Assembly: GCA_963695875.1 (NCBI GenBank)
Contig: CAVOID010000012.1
Span: 1 to 64,000, forward strand
Direction of reading: 5' to 3'
Origin: an uncultured delta proteobacterium
GTDB lineage: Bacteria; Desulfobacterota; Syntrophia; Syntrophales; UBA2185
DNA: 64,000 bases
Positions 30,931 through 43,041 of the stretch are shown piece after piece; within the stretch, counting starts at the first letter, position 1, and every line of letters starts with the position of its first letter. The notes beneath the pieces are model-generated. The model did no database searches and had not been told where the DNA came from. It saw only the letters and a list, made by a program, of their open reading frames with translations. A program made the translations under genes and the position numbers.

Positions 30931-32145
30931 TTATCTGGCAAGTTTCGTAAAAACATCGTACATGGGCAAAAGTACTCCTGCAACCATCAGTCCCATGATA
31001 CACCCCAGTGTTATTATAAGGATGGGTTCAATCATTTTTCCCACCTTATCGGAGAAGTCATCCACTAATTTGTAATAGTGCTCAGCAAGAAAATTGAACT
31101 GCTTATCGAGATTACCGCTTGACTCGCCAATGGCTACCATTCTGATAAATAGAGACGGGAATATCTTCTGGGTACTAAGTGCGTCAGATATTTTGCTTCC
31201 TGTCTCAATCTCTTTCTTCGATTCCAGGATTGCTTTCTTAAAGACTTCGTTTCCCATGACGTCAGCAGCTACGTCTAAAGATCGATCAATTGTAATACCG
31301 GCCGTGATCAGCAATCTCAATTGTTCGGAGAAGAGGGCGAGCAGTCTATTATAGATAAGGAGCTTGATGATGGGTATTTTGATTTTTATGTAGTCCAGGT
31401 AGTATCGTGTTTTAGGCCTCAATTTCATAGTCTGTATAATTAAGAAAATCAAGACGGGAATTATTAATAAAATGTACCAATACTCTTCGGTGATTTTGCT
31501 CAGCTCGTAGAGTATTTTTGTCAGCAGGGGCATTTTGACGCCTAAGTCACGAATTACCTGCATGATCTTAGGCAAGACATATGCGAGCCAGAAAATGACT
31601 GCAGCACCTGTTGTAATTAGTGAGAAGAGAGGATAGATGAGAGCCCGCTTAACCGTGGATGCGAGATCCTCCAACTTTTGAAGGTGATCCGCTACTTCCG
31701 AAAGGCTCTCTTCCAAACGTCCGGTTTCCTCCCCGACCCGCACCAGTCTGATCAAAATATCAGGAAATATTGATTTATGAAGTTCCAGGGCATCGGAAAG
31801 TCTGGCGCCCATCTCTATGTTTTTTTTGATGTCACTGATGGTGGACTTTAAGTGTTCATTGTCTATCGTGTCTATAATGTCGTCAAGTGCAGTAAGGATC
31901 GGAACGCCGGCACGAATCATGATGGAAAGGTTTGATGAAAATTCTATTATATCCTTTCTCCCTATTCTCCATGTGATGAATCTGTCTGATATCTTTTTAA
32001 GCATTATGCTCGATTCTTTTACACTAAGAACAAATAAACCCCGGGTCGTAAGATTCTTATGGACTGAAGCGGTATTGTCCGCTTCGAGTATTCCCTTGAT
32101 TAAATCGCCATTGGCGTCCAATGCCTTATAGGAATAGTTGCTCAT
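30931..32145 (-). CDS. PilC/GspF/MshG inner-membrane platform protein
   Basis: Duplicated T2SSF domains: GEETGRL...ALIYP and GESSGNL...IEP. Confidence 0.92.
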   Translation of the reverse strand: MSNYSYKALDANGDLIKGILEADNTASVHKNLTTRGLFVLSVKESSIMLKKISDRFITWRIGRKDIIEFSSNLSIMIRAGVPILTALDDIIDTIDNEHLKSTISDIKKNIEMGARLSDALELHKSIFPDILIRLVRVGEETGRLEESLSEVADHLQKLEDLASTVKRALIYPLFSLITTGAAVIFWLAYVLPKIMQVIRDLGVKMPLLTKILYELSKITEEYWYILLIIPVLIFLIIQTMKLRPKTRYYLDYIKIKIPIIKLLIYNRLLALFSEQLRLLITAGITIDRSLDVAADVMGNEVFKKAILESKKEIETGSKISDALSTQKIFPSLFIRMVAIGESSGNLDKQFNFLAEHYYKLVDDFSDKVGKMIEPILIITLGCIMGLMVAGVLLPMYDVFTKLAR

Positions 32146-33788
32146 CCCGTCACCCTGAGTAATTCCTCCAGAGATATAACGCCCTGAGCAACCTTACGCA
32201 GGCCGTCTTCTTTTAATGGTATCATACCCTTTCGTTTAGCGGCCGTCTGTATGGCAGTGATAGGAACATCGGAATAGATCAAATCCCTTAACTCATCGTC
32301 GATGGTCAGAATTTCTCCTATAACCAACCTTCCTGCATAACCGGAACCGTTGCACTTAGGACATCCAGTACCCCTGTATGCCTTGTCGATCTGTATTCCA
32401 TATTCTTTGAAGAGTTCCTGCTCTTCATTACTGAGACTATGATCTGTTATGCAAAACTGGCATATCTTTCTGGCAAGTCTCTGAGCGATGATGGCCAGCA
32501 ATGATGATGATACGAGAAATTTATCCACCTTCAAATCCAGAAGTCGTGGTATCGCAGTTACCGCATCATTTGAATGAATGGTGGAAAGGACAAGATGGCC
32601 TGTGATGGATGTCCGTATCGCGATTTTTGCTGTCTCTTCATCCCTTATTTCTCCGATGAGCATTACATCGGGATCCTGTCTCATAAAATTTCTTGCAGCA
32701 AAGGCGAAATCATATCCAGTCTTCTCGTTAACCTGAGTCTGTTTCGTCAGGCTTAGTTTATATTCAACAGGATCTTCGACGGTAATGACATTTCTCTCTA
32801 GGAGGTTTATTTCCCTGAGGGCTGCATAAAGGGTGGTTGTTTTACCGGAACCCGTGGGACCAGCGATAAGAATAACGCCGTAAGGTTTTTGGAACAGCGA
32901 CTTGATTATTTTCACACTTGGCTCATCAAAGCCAAGTTTATCAATCCTGAGAAGGGGACCGGTACCTGCGAGGATACGCATCACTATATTTTCACCGTAT
33001 ATTGTAGGTATAGTTGATACCCTGATATCGTATCCTTTATGGAGAAAATCGAACGTGAAGGAACCGTCCTGTGGCAGCCGCGTTTCTGCAATATCGAGCT
33101 TGGAGAGAATCTTTATCCTCGATACGATTCCTGCATGAACGATACGTGGAAGCCCGTGCCCATGATGCAATACCCCGTCAATTCTATAGAATATGTGAAT
33201 GATATCTGATGCCGGCGAGATATGTATATCTGTTGCATTTCTGCGGATCCCGTCCATGAAGATGAGATCCGATAGGGCTGTCACAGCAGGACCGCTAGCG
33301 GTTTTGGATTCTTTGATTTCTGTGATGATTTTTTCTCTGTTCTGCTGGATCGGATTCTCGAGAAAAAAATAGCCTTTCTCCAGAGATTCCCGAAAATTGT
33401 CGGGGTCAACCATATAGACTTTCGGCTGATTCCTCGTGATGGATGTGGCCTTGTCAACAGCGATAATATTACTTGGATTGGTCACACCTATGCTCAACCT
33501 TCCATCCGTTATTTCAATGGGAATGAAACCTGTTGTTTCCGCAACTTCTTTCGGAATGAGTTTTAGGGCTTCTTCGGAAACGGGGTACTGGCCCAGGTCA
33601 ATGTACTCCACACCCGCCTGCTCGGCTAGGGCTTGACCGAGTTCTTTCGATGAAACAAAACCTAATTTTACGACCGCATCACCAAGAAGCTCGCCTGTAA
33701 TTTTCTGCTGGACAAGGGCGATCTGAAGCTGGTTTTTATTGATAAGGTTTTTGGACTGAAGGATTTCTCCAATCTTTATTCGTGCCAT
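32142..33788 (-). CDS. PilB/GspE/MshE assembly ATPase with an MshEN-like N-terminus
   Basis: ATDIH, RLPQDG, GPTGSGKTTT, TVEDPVE, RQDPD, GEIRD, TGHLV, two CxxC. Confidence 0.95.
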   Translation of the reverse strand: MARIKIGEILQSKNLINKNQLQIALVQQKITGELLGDAVVKLGFVSSKELGQALAEQAGVEYIDLGQYPVSEEALKLIPKEVAETTGFIPIEITDGRLSIGVTNPSNIIAVDKATSITRNQPKVYMVDPDNFRESLEKGYFFLENPIQQNREKIITEIKESKTASGPAVTALSDLIFMDGIRRNATDIHISPASDIIHIFYRIDGVLHHGHGLPRIVHAGIVSRIKILSKLDIAETRLPQDGSFTFDFLHKGYDIRVSTIPTIYGENIVMRILAGTGPLLRIDKLGFDEPSVKIIKSLFQKPYGVILIAGPTGSGKTTTLYAALREINLLERNVITVEDPVEYKLSLTKQTQVNEKTGYDFAFAARNFMRQDPDVMLIGEIRDEETAKIAIRTSITGHLVLSTIHSNDAVTAIPRLLDLKVDKFLVSSSLLAIIAQRLARKICQFCITDHSLSNEEQELFKEYGIQIDKAYRGTGCPKCNGSGYAGRLVIGEILTIDDELRDLIYSDVPITAIQTAAKRKGMIPLKEDGLRKVAQGVISLEELLRVTG

Positions 33789-33827
33789 ATGGTTCGCATC
33801 CTCAATGCTTATATAACTGCCGACATT

Positions 33828-33985
33828 AGACCTTTAGAATTGCATAACACGTCACTGCGAGGTGCGAAGCACCGTGACAATCTTATGCTTTGTCGATAAC
33901 TTGATAGTACTTTCACTTCCCTTCACACTGAGCTCGGGGTTTCAGCTCACCGCAATGACAAAGCGGCCATTTTTCAAAGGTTCCC
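33828..33985. repeat. REP/MITE-like element, copy D, with terminal inverted repeats
   Basis: AGACCTTTAGAA...GTCACTGCGAG...CGCAATGACA...TTTTTCAAAGGTTCCC. Confidence 0.65.
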
Positions 33986-33994
33986 AACATATCT

Positions 33995-35513
33995 TTATTT
34001 CGATATAATCGTGGGCTGGATTAACACAACCAGTTCTGTTTTTGTTACAGTTTTTGTTCTGCTCTTAAACAGGTAACCTAAAATAGGAATGTCTCCCAGC
34101 CATGGGATCTGGTTGTCAGTGAACTGTTCCCTGTTACTGATAAGACCCCCGATTATGATTATCTGTCCATTCCCCACCTTCACAGTCGTATTCATTTGTC
34201 TAAGGTTAATGGTGGGCAGTTGAATTAAGAACGGAAAATTACCCGAGCTGTCCGGTGTACCCAGCTTCTGTGAATCCAATTTGACAAGGTCTGAGGTAAT
34301 AGGAGTGATGCTCAGGGATATCTCGCCACTTTCACTGACAAAGGGGACGATCCCGATCATGATGCCGGACAAGCAGACTGCTTGTGTTCACCGTAAAGGT
34401 CGTTACAGGGGTGGTACTGACTGTGGTCGTTGTTTGGATATTTGAAATATAAGTTGTATCCTGCCCCACGCTTAAGATAGATGTCTGTCCGTTCATGACG
34501 TTTACACGGGGATTGGACAGGATTCTCGTTTCCCCCTGGGTTTGAATGGCACGGAGAAGGGAGGTGAAATCAGATGCTACGGTTGCTATGCTGAAGTTAG
34601 GGGTTGAGGTCGATACTACCTCGGCAAAGTTTTTTGTCGCAAAAGTTGCGTTCTGACCTTCGCGGGTGTTTAGCACATAATTCCAGTTAATGCCGAATTG
34701 GAGGCCGTCGGACAGGGTGACCTCAATGATTTTCGCCTCCACCAGAACCTGCCTGTTGATGACTTTTTTGATTGTATTTAGATAGTTTTCAATTCTTTCA
34801 AGATTTTTTTTCGTTGCCGTAACAGTGATGGTTCCCATAAGCCGGTTGACCACAAAGGTCTGTTGTGCAGCGGATGTGGCTCCTGCCGGTGTGCCTATGA
34901 TTTTTTCGAGGGATTTTTCAATGACGTCCCAGAGGTTGTAGGCAGTTTTGTCGGTTTCTGATTTTTGTCAATTTTTCCCTTGACATAGTGCTACCGCCTC
35001 CGGTACTCGCAAGAGCACCGCCAAGCATGTCGCCGCCCTAGGTCTGTATTATAGGTTTGCACAACTGAAGGAATTCCCAATTCATAGGTTCTGGTGATTG
35101 TGGCTTTAATAAACAGCATGTTATCTTTTATCGTATAGAAATAGTCGGCGGAAGCGCAGACCCTGTTTAAAGCATCCTCCGCGGTGACATTCTTTAAAGT
35201 GAGTGTTACGGGAAGATCAGGAAGAACCTCTCTTTCCATGACCAGATTAAGCCCCGTCGCCTCTGAAATGATAAAGAGGACATCTCTCAGAGGAGTGTTT
35301 CTGTGCGGAAATGTCAACAATTCTCGTCTTGAGCGGTGATATGTCTTCATGGACAGGAACGAAATCCGGTGTTTTTACCGGTGTGGCAGGAGTAACTTCC
35401 GCACCTGTCATTTCTCTAGCTTCCTTTGGTATCTGGATTTCTCTTTTAATTTCCATTGTAGAACAGGAGATCAGACATATGAAAAGTCCCAGGAGAAAAA
35501 ACGATTTTGACAT
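33995..35513 (-). CDS. Secretin, MshL-like lipoprotein (frameshifted)
   Basis: Lipobox LISC; TPLRDVL, RQVLVEAKIIEV..GINW, LSNPRV, IIGGLI, IPWLGDIPILGYLFK. Confidence 0.88.
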
Positions 35514-35524
35514 GGAATAAGTAC

Positions 35525-35974
35525 TTAATCTAACTTCAGCCATTTTTCACCTTCTCTATTTTTTAACAAGATCTTGTCTTTTTCAATCCTTGCGATTGTT
35601 TGATTATCCACTTTGTCGCCCTCATGCACAAGCTTACCGTCAATAATAGCTAATTTTTTATTCTGATTGACGAGAATGAAGGACACTCTTCTTCCCGCGG
35701 TCGCCGGCGGAGGCACCATTTCTTCAAGCGAAGTCTTTCGGGAACCCCTGCTCTGAGGTTTTAGTCGGATCGATCGGATTTTTTATAGAACTGATAAGTG
35801 ATTGCTTCCGCTCAGGCAATCTTGGGGGTATTTTCATAGGTAAAGCTGAAGACTTTTTGCTCCACAGGAGAAAAGGAGGGGGCGAAATTTACTTTTGAAA
35901 TCAGAAAAATAATAATTAAGGCAATGAGCAGGAATCGATACAAGAAAAATGATAATTTTTTTATTCTCGTTCAC
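35525..35974 (-). CDS. MshK/PilP-like accessory protein (frameshifted)
   Basis: N-terminal TM; ILVNQNKKLAIIDGKLVHEGDKV...RIEKDKILL. Confidence 0.6.
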
Positions 35975-36513
35975 GAACCACTCCCCATGTTGGCTGATTG
36001 CATTTTCAATGTACCTCTAATATCAAAATTGATTACTGCAGTTTTTTCATTTGATTGGTCTGAGATAGACAGACTGTCAATATGAAAAAGAGGCAATGTT
36101 AGTGATTGCAAATAGCCTATGTAATTGATAAATACCGTGTAGTCCCGAATCTGTCCCGCCACGGTTACAGGCAGTGCAATTTCATCTCCCTTTTTTTCAA
36201 AATTTGCAACTGTGATATCAATGCCTCTCATACGTGACTTAATAGAATCGACAGTAGTTAATATTGAACCTTCCAATGCCTCAGTCTTATCATATGATGG
36301 AAAGATTGATCTGACATTTACCAAAGTTTCATCCATGTGTTTTGATGCCTCTTTCATCTTTACACTATTTATTTTGAGAGTCTGAAATTTATTTAATGTG
36401 TCTGAGAGGCTTGCAATGTAAGTCTCCGACAGAATTGAACCTGAGACAAGTACTGTAGCACATAAAGCGGATACAGCGTAATACAATAAAAGCCTTTTGA
36501 GCTTTGCATCCAT
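35971..36513 (-). CDS. PilO/MshJ-like alignment protein
   Basis: N-terminal TM, helical segment, G..RDY..FINYI..L ferredoxin-like core; position in the operon. Confidence 0.55.
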   Translation of the reverse strand: MDAKLKRLLLYYAVSALCATVLVSGSILSETYIASLSDTLNKFQTLKINSVKMKEASKHMDETLVNVRSIFPSYDKTEALEGSILTTVDSIKSRMRGIDITVANFEKKGDEIALPVTVAGQIRDYTVFINYIGYLQSLTLPLFHIDSLSISDQSNEKTAVINFDIRGTLKMQSANMGSGS

Positions 36514-36534
36514 GGGGGAGCGCGTTCTTTAGGG

Positions 36535-37888
36535 TTAGATTTTGTTTTCGACATCAATTTGGAAATGTCCATCCTTTAATTCAATGTTTTTTGATATTAC
36601 CCTCATACCCGGAACATTGCTGAAATGAGTATGGAGTTTTATAAAAATTCTATGCATGTCGCCGTAGTTTTTCGCCTTGATAATACCGGATACCTGGATC
36701 AGTAAAGAATCTTTTTTATTGTTCAATTGGATGGTCTTAATTTTAACGTTTTCCATGGGAAGGAATTTAAGTGAAATTAATGCCTGTAGTATATCAGGAC
36801 TTGAGTGCTCTTCATTGACAAAATTAATTAGAGGTAGAAACTGTTGCATCCTTTCCATGTCTTTTTCATATGCAGATGTGATTGCATCGACTCCTGCAAG
36901 GTCTTTTCTTAATAAATTAATTTTTTTATTCGTCAGGGAAATTTCCGACAGATTGATTAAAATGTGTCCCAGCGCGATAAGGGAGAACAGAAGAAAGAAA
37001 ACAACGGCATAAGAAGCTATGCGTTTTTGGGTATACAACAGTCCGTATTTGCGAGGCAGAAGATTATCATTCCTGAGTTGTTTCCCGAAAAGGATAGCTG
37101 ATACCGGCGCAGCAAAATTTCTTAGAGTTTCTTCGGATGCAAGGACAGTCATTGGATAGGTGATGTTAGTTGTTGGGATGATTGTGTTAAAACCACTTTC
37201 TTTTTTCACTGTATTCATTAAAATAATCAGCTCAGGATTCAATCGCAAATTCTGTCGGCAGTAGCTTACGGTCATATTGATATTGTCGATATCAATATCA
37301 GTAATCTCCCATCCCATGGATGGTGTAACTCTGACGAAGCAAACCTTTCCATTCTTAACGAGAAAAAGAGTCCTATCTTTTTCAGATATTAAGAGGGCAA
37401 GAACCGTTTTACTCTTCCAGTCATCTGATGATCTTATTAAATGAGAAAGTGTCAGAACATGGGGATATATGTATTTCGCTGACTTGCCATATTTATTGAA
37501 TCGCTCTGAGATTTTATTCAGCTCATCATTATCGACGGCAAAGAAAAATACCTCCCTTAGTCCCTTCTCGCCGGCAGTTGTTTCCGCCGGAACACTGTAG
37601 AAATAGGAAAAATCACGCAATTCGGGAAAGCGTTTCCTTATTTCGGCCTCGACGATTTTCTTAAGATAAGCGGGTTTTGCAGGGGGAGCAGTACAGGATG
37701 TCGCTGTAAAATCTTTTGAAGTTGCAGACCACAGTTAGATCAGGTAGTCGCGTAGTCTTTAAGAAAGAGTCAAACTCCTCATCCTTGAAACTAGTGGTCT
37801 TTTGAACGACTGTTCTTCCCTTATCGGAAGATGCGTACACCACCTTAACCAGATTATCTTCGAAGCTGACCGCTACTTGTTTACTCAA
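36535..37888 (-). CDS. PilM/PilN (MshI)-like fused alignment protein (frameshift near 37690)
   Basis: Actin-like N-terminal part, NLLP motif, TM, periplasmic PilN-like C-terminus; first gene of the operon. Confidence 0.6.
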
Positions 37889-38177
37889 TGGTTCTCCTTC
37901 CTGGCATGTTTCCCATTACGTCCGTGTCAGAATTTACTCATATATACCCTGTATTTCTTATGCTTTCAAGTGTTTTTGTAAATTATCACGATTACTTACC
38001 AAGAGGATTTCTCTTTGATTCCGGAGTAAAACAATACCCGTCCAAAATATATGGTAAAAGAAAAATTGACAAATTTCTTAATAAGGTAATCAGTATAAAA
38101 TTTGAAATAATTCTTCTTCTTTGCTACTGTTAAATATCGAAAGACATTGTCATTAGATTCAATGAAAAGGATTTAGA

Positions 38178-38855
38178 GTGGAGAAGTTAGTAGATATCAG
38201 ACCGGGAATGAGCGTTAATATTGTCTTGAATGTTGATATCGATAAAGAAATAGCAGACGTAAGAAATGCAGTAGTATATGATGCAGATGGTGTGGCCGTT
38301 GTGTTATCTCAGACAAACCCACCCTTTACGAAGTATCATATCGGTACAGAAATAACAGTTACATATCTTGTCAAGAGGAAAGAAGCTCCCAGTCGAATTG
38401 GTTTTTCTGGAAAGGTGATTAGCATTTTGAATGATTACAGCCTCCACTCATCAAAAACGGTACAGGCCATTAACATAGTCAGAGAGAGTGAACTGAAGCT
38501 ATATGATTTAAGAATGCACTACAGGGTTAGTCCGAAATCAGATAGTGGAATACACCTTTATGTGGGAGGTGAAAAAGTTAATCTCCTTGATATTTCGATG
38601 GGCGGCGCTCGCTTTTGCCATCCAAGAGATAACCCTATTGAGCCAGGTGTAATGATAAAAATGACTTTAATTCTTGACTTAGAAAGGTTTGATATTGAGG
38701 CAAAATCAGTGAATGTATGGTATCCTTACGAAGCCGGAAGACGGGCGGATTTGGAATATGTGTCTGTTCAATTTTTCAAAATGGACAAAAAATGCAGTCA
38801 TTTACTAAGCGGAAAAATCCTTACAATCCAGAGAGAGTTTCTGTCCAAAATTTGA
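38178..38855 (+). CDS. PilZ-domain protein (YcgR-like)
   Basis: RMHYR (RxxxR) and DISMGG (DxSxxG) c-di-GMP motifs. Confidence 0.85.
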   Translation: MEKLVDIRPGMSVNIVLNVDIDKEIADVRNAVVYDADGVAVVLSQTNPPFTKYHIGTEITVTYLVKRKEAPSRIGFSGKVISILNDYSLHSSKTVQAINIVRESELKLYDLRMHYRVSPKSDSGIHLYVGGEKVNLLDISMGGARFCHPRDNPIEPGVMIKMTLILDLERFDIEAKSVNVWYPYEAGRRADLEYVSVQFFKMDKKCSHLLSGKILTIQREFLSKI

Positions 38856-39191
38856 AGGAAGCATCCTCCAAAGTCATTAAGCATCTTCCTTAATAACCTC
38901 AATCCCTAAACAATCACTCAGCCATATTATATTTCAGTATTTGTTTTTCAATACGATTGTTGTTTTAAGATTCCGCTGTCGGAGTTCAGACCTCGAAAGA
39001 GAGTGCAAGGGAAGGCCTGGCGGGTTGTGTCCCATAGTCAGTTTTTAACTTTTCATAAGATCATAAATTATTGATTATTATCAGCATTGGAATAAAGTTT
39101 TCATGGAATATGACGATATAAATTTTGGATACCTTGGTGAAGAATATATATGTGATAAGTATTTTAAACGACCTGATCGGGGAAAAAGGAA

Positions 39192-39542
39192 ATGGGAATA
39201 ATAAATCTTGAAGATATTCAGCTAGATATGGTTCTAGCCAGTGACATAAAGGAACGCAGTGGTCGTGTGTTATTGGCTGAGGGCAGCAAAATCAGTGAGA
39301 AACACCTGAGGGTATTCAGGATGTGGGGCATCACCGAGGTCGATATTAAAGGTATTGAAAAAGACGAACTTACCGCCAACGTGGTTGCTCAACTTGACCA
39401 GAATCTTTTCCAGGAAGTAGAAATTCAGACTCGCGAACGTTTCTGTCATGTGGACATGGAGCACCCGTTCATCAAAGAACTGTTTCGAATACTCACACTT
39501 CGTTTGGTCAGACGGAGATCGAAAGGACAAAATGATGATTAG
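39192..39542 (+). CDS. Small conserved protein resembling the N-terminal region of HD-GYP proteins
   Basis: DMVLASDIKERSGRVLLAEG...LRVFRMWGITEV; coupled to the HDOD gene. Confidence 0.6.
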   Translation: MGIINLEDIQLDMVLASDIKERSGRVLLAEGSKISEKHLRVFRMWGITEVDIKGIEKDELTANVVAQLDQNLFQEVEIQTRERFCHVDMEHPFIKELFRILTLRLVRRRSKGQNDD

Positions 39543-40428
39543 AAAACCGGAAGATCTTTTGAAAGGTTTGGTACAAGTGTCATCTTTGCCTGTCGTCTAT
39601 ACCAGAATTAACGAGGCAGTTAATAATCCGCAATCTTCCATGAAAAGTATCAGCGATATAATAAGTGATGATCCCGGCCTGACTTCCCGGTTGCTCCAGC
39701 TTGTTAACAGCGCGTTTTATAGTTTTCCTTCAAGAATCGAAACAGTAAGCCGTGCCCTTTTTATCGTGGGTACACAACAATTACGCGACCTTGCTCTGGC
39801 AACTTCCATAATGAATCTGTTTAAGGGAATACCTGAGGACCTTGTAAATATGGAATCTTTCTGGAGACATAGTGTAGCGTGCGGTCTCGCTGCTAAAATA
39901 CTTGCAACCTATAGACGGTGTGACATGAACGTGGAACGTTTTTTTGCGGCTGGCATCATTCATGATATAGGCCGGCTCATCATCTATAAAAAAATACCGG
40001 ACACGGCACGGGAAATGATTATCCGCTGCAAGGCAAATAGGGAATTATTGTATTCAGTAGAAAAGGAAGTAATAGGTTTTGACCATTCGGATTTAGGCCG
40101 CGTATTAGTGCAATTTTGGAATCTACCGCCATCTCTGGAAGAGGTGGTTGCCTATCATCATTCACCACGGGAAGCGAGACGATATCCTATAGAGACAGCC
40201 GTGGTTCATATAGCTGACATTATTGTTCATGCAATGCAGTTTGGAAACAGCGGAGAACAATATATTCCACCTATGGATGAGAAGGCGTGGGAACTCATTG
40301 GAATTCCCACAAGTGTGTTGTCACCCACATTGGATCAGTTGGAAAGAGAAGTTAAAGATGTTGTGCAATCCTTATTCGGAAAATGTGATTATGCCGAAGA
40401 AAACCGAAAAAATAAAGTATCTGTTTGA
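39532..40428 (+). CDS. HDOD-domain protein
   Basis: [33 protein letters not shown]...WNLP...HH. Confidence 0.9.
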   Translation: MMIRKPEDLLKGLVQVSSLPVVYTRINEAVNNPQSSMKSISDIISDDPGLTSRLLQLVNSAFYSFPSRIETVSRALFIVGTQQLRDLALATSIMNLFKGIPEDLVNMESFWRHSVACGLAAKILATYRRCDMNVERFFAAGIIHDIGRLIIYKKIPDTAREMIIRCKANRELLYSVEKEVIGFDHSDLGRVLVQFWNLPPSLEEVVAYHHSPREARRYPIETAVVHIADIIVHAMQFGNSGEQYIPPMDEKAWELIGIPTSVLSPTLDQLEREVKDVVQSLFGKCDYAEENRKNKVSV

Positions 40429-42601
40429 ATTAGAAGAACGGATAAAATATTTAGAGGAAACAAATCGGTGGACGCTGGATGCGTTGGACATGGTTGTATC
40501 CCTGGGAGATTTTAAGAACAGCATCAACCCTCCGGATCAGGAGCCTGCTGTAATTTTCAATGCGGCCAGGACTCATCTGAAGCGCCTGATGCCATTCCAG
40601 GTTTTGGCGCTTTTCATGATTGACGAAACAAATTCTGATTTTGTTCTTGTAGATTGCGAACCTGAAACAGATTCTCTTATGATCGAACGAGAGGTGGACT
40701 TTCAGATTTCCGAAGGGGTTTTTGCCTGGGCATTGTATCAAAACCGGGCAGTTACGGTTCCGGCAAAATATTTCAATCATACGGTAGTATTTCATCCATT
40801 AGTAACACGATCGCAGATAATAGGGATGATGGTTGGAATTCTTATAAATGATGAACTGGCTGTTAACAATGTATTGTCAAGCCTCCTTACGATAATATTG
40901 TTAAATACGGCACGGGCACTTGAGAACACCATTCTATATAAAAAAATAAATGATACGAACCGACAGCTTGAAGATATAGTTAAAAAACGTACGGAAGCCT
41001 TGCAGAAAGCTCTGGAGGCAGCAAACGTATTGAATATCGCCAAAAGTCAATTTTTGGCGAACATGAGCCATGAAATCAGGACACCAATAAACGGTGTCAT
41101 CGGCTTCACCGATTTGTTGTTAGATGCAGGTCTCAACGAGGAACAGCTCAGCTATGTTAACACAATCAAGAAAAGTGGAGATGCCTTACTCTTCCTGATC
41201 AACGATATTTTAGATTTCTCAAAGGTTGAAGCTGGGCAGTTGAAACTCGAGAATGTCGACTTCGATCCGGAGGAAGTGGCATATGATGTCTGCGATATTG
41301 TTCAGCTTAAGATCGGTGGCAAGCCAATCTCTTTATTATGCCGTATCGGTGACGATCTTCCTTCCTCTGTAAAGGGGGACCCTTACAGGTTCAGGCAGGT
41401 TCTCTTGAATTTGATGGAAAATGCTGCAAAGTTTACTGAAACCGGGGAAATAGAACTTTACCTTTATGGAGAAGATAAGCAGAACAGCCAGGTGAAGATG
41501 CACGCAGAAGTAAGAGATACCGGTATCGGCATTCCGAAGAACAAGTTATCTACAATTTTTGATTCTTTCCAGCAGGTTGATTGTTCTTCCACCCGTAAGT
41601 ACGGCGGGTCCGGTCTTGGGCTGTCCATATGCAAACAACTGTCGCAGTTGATGAACGGCGACGTATGGGCTGAAAGCAAGACCGGCAAAGGATCTGCATT
41701 TCACTTCACAGCTTGGCTTGATGAATCTACCAGGGAAACTTTTAAAAATTGTACTTCTCTTACAGGAAAGAGGGTTCTTATCGCCAGTGAGAATAAAACA
41801 AATCTTCATATTTTGTCACACATGATTGAATCATATGGCATGCGGTTTGCGAAGATAGAAAAAGGGGAAGAGGTCTTGCCCGCTTTGATCCATGACTATG
41901 ATAACGGTAATGCCTTTGACTTCTGCATGCTGGATATCAGATTAGCAGATATAAGTGTTAATAAGATTGTTGAAATGATCCAAACAGCAAAAATTAATAT
42001 CCATCTGCTTTTATTCGGCCCTCTCAAGGAAAGAATTATCCTGGAACAGGATATATCGGGCATGATTTCCTTTGTTGAGGCACCGGTCAGGAAACAGAAG
42101 CTGATTCACACCATGGAGGAACTTATTAAAGTACCTGAAAGCAGAGACATGAAGAATAATCTGAGGAACGAAAATCGGGAATATCGGCTTCAGGTGCCAC
42201 ATGCAGGTAACTTCTCACTCAAGATACTTCTTGCAGAAGATAATATAGTCAATCAGAATTTAGTGAAAATTATGCTGAACAAAGCAGGGCATAAGGTAGA
42301 ACTGGCAAGCAACGGCAATGAGGCGATTGAAAAACTTAGCATAACAAATGATGACTTTGATTTGATCTTCATGGATATTCAAATGCCGGTAATGGACGGC
42401 CTGGAGGCCACAAAAGTAATCAGAAGCAAAGGGTATGGAGATATCCCCATAATCGCCATGACAGCCAGCGCGATGGAGGAAGACCGTGCAATGTGTCTCC
42501 AGGCAGGTATGGACGGATATCTTACGAAACCGGTTAGGATGGAAGTTGTAAAGGAGATAATAGAGAAATGGGCTCTTCAAAAGAAACACATATCAATCTG
42601 A
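40391..42601 (+). CDS. Hybrid sensor histidine kinase (GAF-like, HisKA, HATPase, degenerate REC, REC)
   Basis: [40 protein letters not shown]. Confidence 0.92.
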   Translation: MPKKTEKIKYLFELEERIKYLEETNRWTLDALDMVVSLGDFKNSINPPDQEPAVIFNAARTHLKRLMPFQVLALFMIDETNSDFVLVDCEPETDSLMIEREVDFQISEGVFAWALYQNRAVTVPAKYFNHTVVFHPLVTRSQIIGMMVGILINDELAVNNVLSSLLTIILLNTARALENTILYKKINDTNRQLEDIVKKRTEALQKALEAANVLNIAKSQFLANMSHEIRTPINGVIGFTDLLLDAGLNEEQLSYVNTIKKSGDALLFLINDILDFSKVEAGQLKLENVDFDPEEVAYDVCDIVQLKIGGKPISLLCRIGDDLPSSVKGDPYRFRQVLLNLMENAAKFTETGEIELYLYGEDKQNSQVKMHAEVRDTGIGIPKNKLSTIFDSFQQVDCSSTRKYGGSGLGLSICKQLSQLMNGDVWAESKTGKGSAFHFTAWLDESTRETFKNCTSLTGKRVLIASENKTNLHILSHMIESYGMRFAKIEKGEEVLPALIHDYDNGNAFDFCMLDIRLADISVNKIVEMIQTAKINIHLLLFGPLKERIILEQDISGMISFVEAPVRKQKLIHTMEELIKVPESRDMKNNLRNENREYRLQVPHAGNFSLKILLAEDNIVNQNLVKIMLNKAGHKVELASNGNEAIEKLSITNDDFDLIFMDIQMPVMDGLEATKVIRSKGYGDIPIIAMTASAMEEDRAMCLQAGMDGYLTKPVRMEVVKEIIEKWALQKKHISI

Positions 42602-42906
42602 AACAAATGGCAGAAAATGTCGGTTTGGAAGAGGACGAATACTTGTCGTTGCTAATACTCTTCATTGAAACAACCATTTATTATTTAAGCGAGTTAAAAT
42701 CTGCGATACATAATGGCGATTCAAAAAGAGTTTATGAAACTATCCATACCATAAGAGGTGCTGCCGAAAATCTTGGCATTCCAGACATATCTGAAATAGC
42801 CAAAACGATAGAAATAAAGGCACGTCAAAATATTCTGGAAGGTGCTGAGGAAGCAACGGAGTGCTTAGTAAAAGAAATTGAATATATAACAGAAGTTTAT
42901 CATTAG
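42568..42906 (+). CDS. Hpt phosphotransfer protein
   Basis: [11 protein letters not shown] (HxLKG-like). Confidence 0.85.
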   Translation: MGSSKETHINLKQMAENVGLEEDEYLSLLILFIETTIYYLSELKSAIHNGDSKRVYETIHTIRGAAENLGIPDISEIAKTIEIKARQNILEGAEEATECLVKEIEYITEVYH

Positions 42907-43041
42907 GATAACAAGGATGTAGTATAACTTAAGCTTCGGGATTCTTTATATTGCCGTCAAGATTTACGCATATTTTTGACTGTAGCCATATGCGGTCAAC
43001 GTTGAATATAATAGCAGGCAATAGCCGGACAGAGGAAGATT

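Noticed and set aside
38970..39035. Possible c-di-GMP-I riboswitch (CTC-GAAA-GAG hairpin) between pilZ and the HDOD operon
   Set aside because: Lacks the GGCAAACC...GGGACGCAAAGC core and the second stem; only a GNRA hairpin is seen
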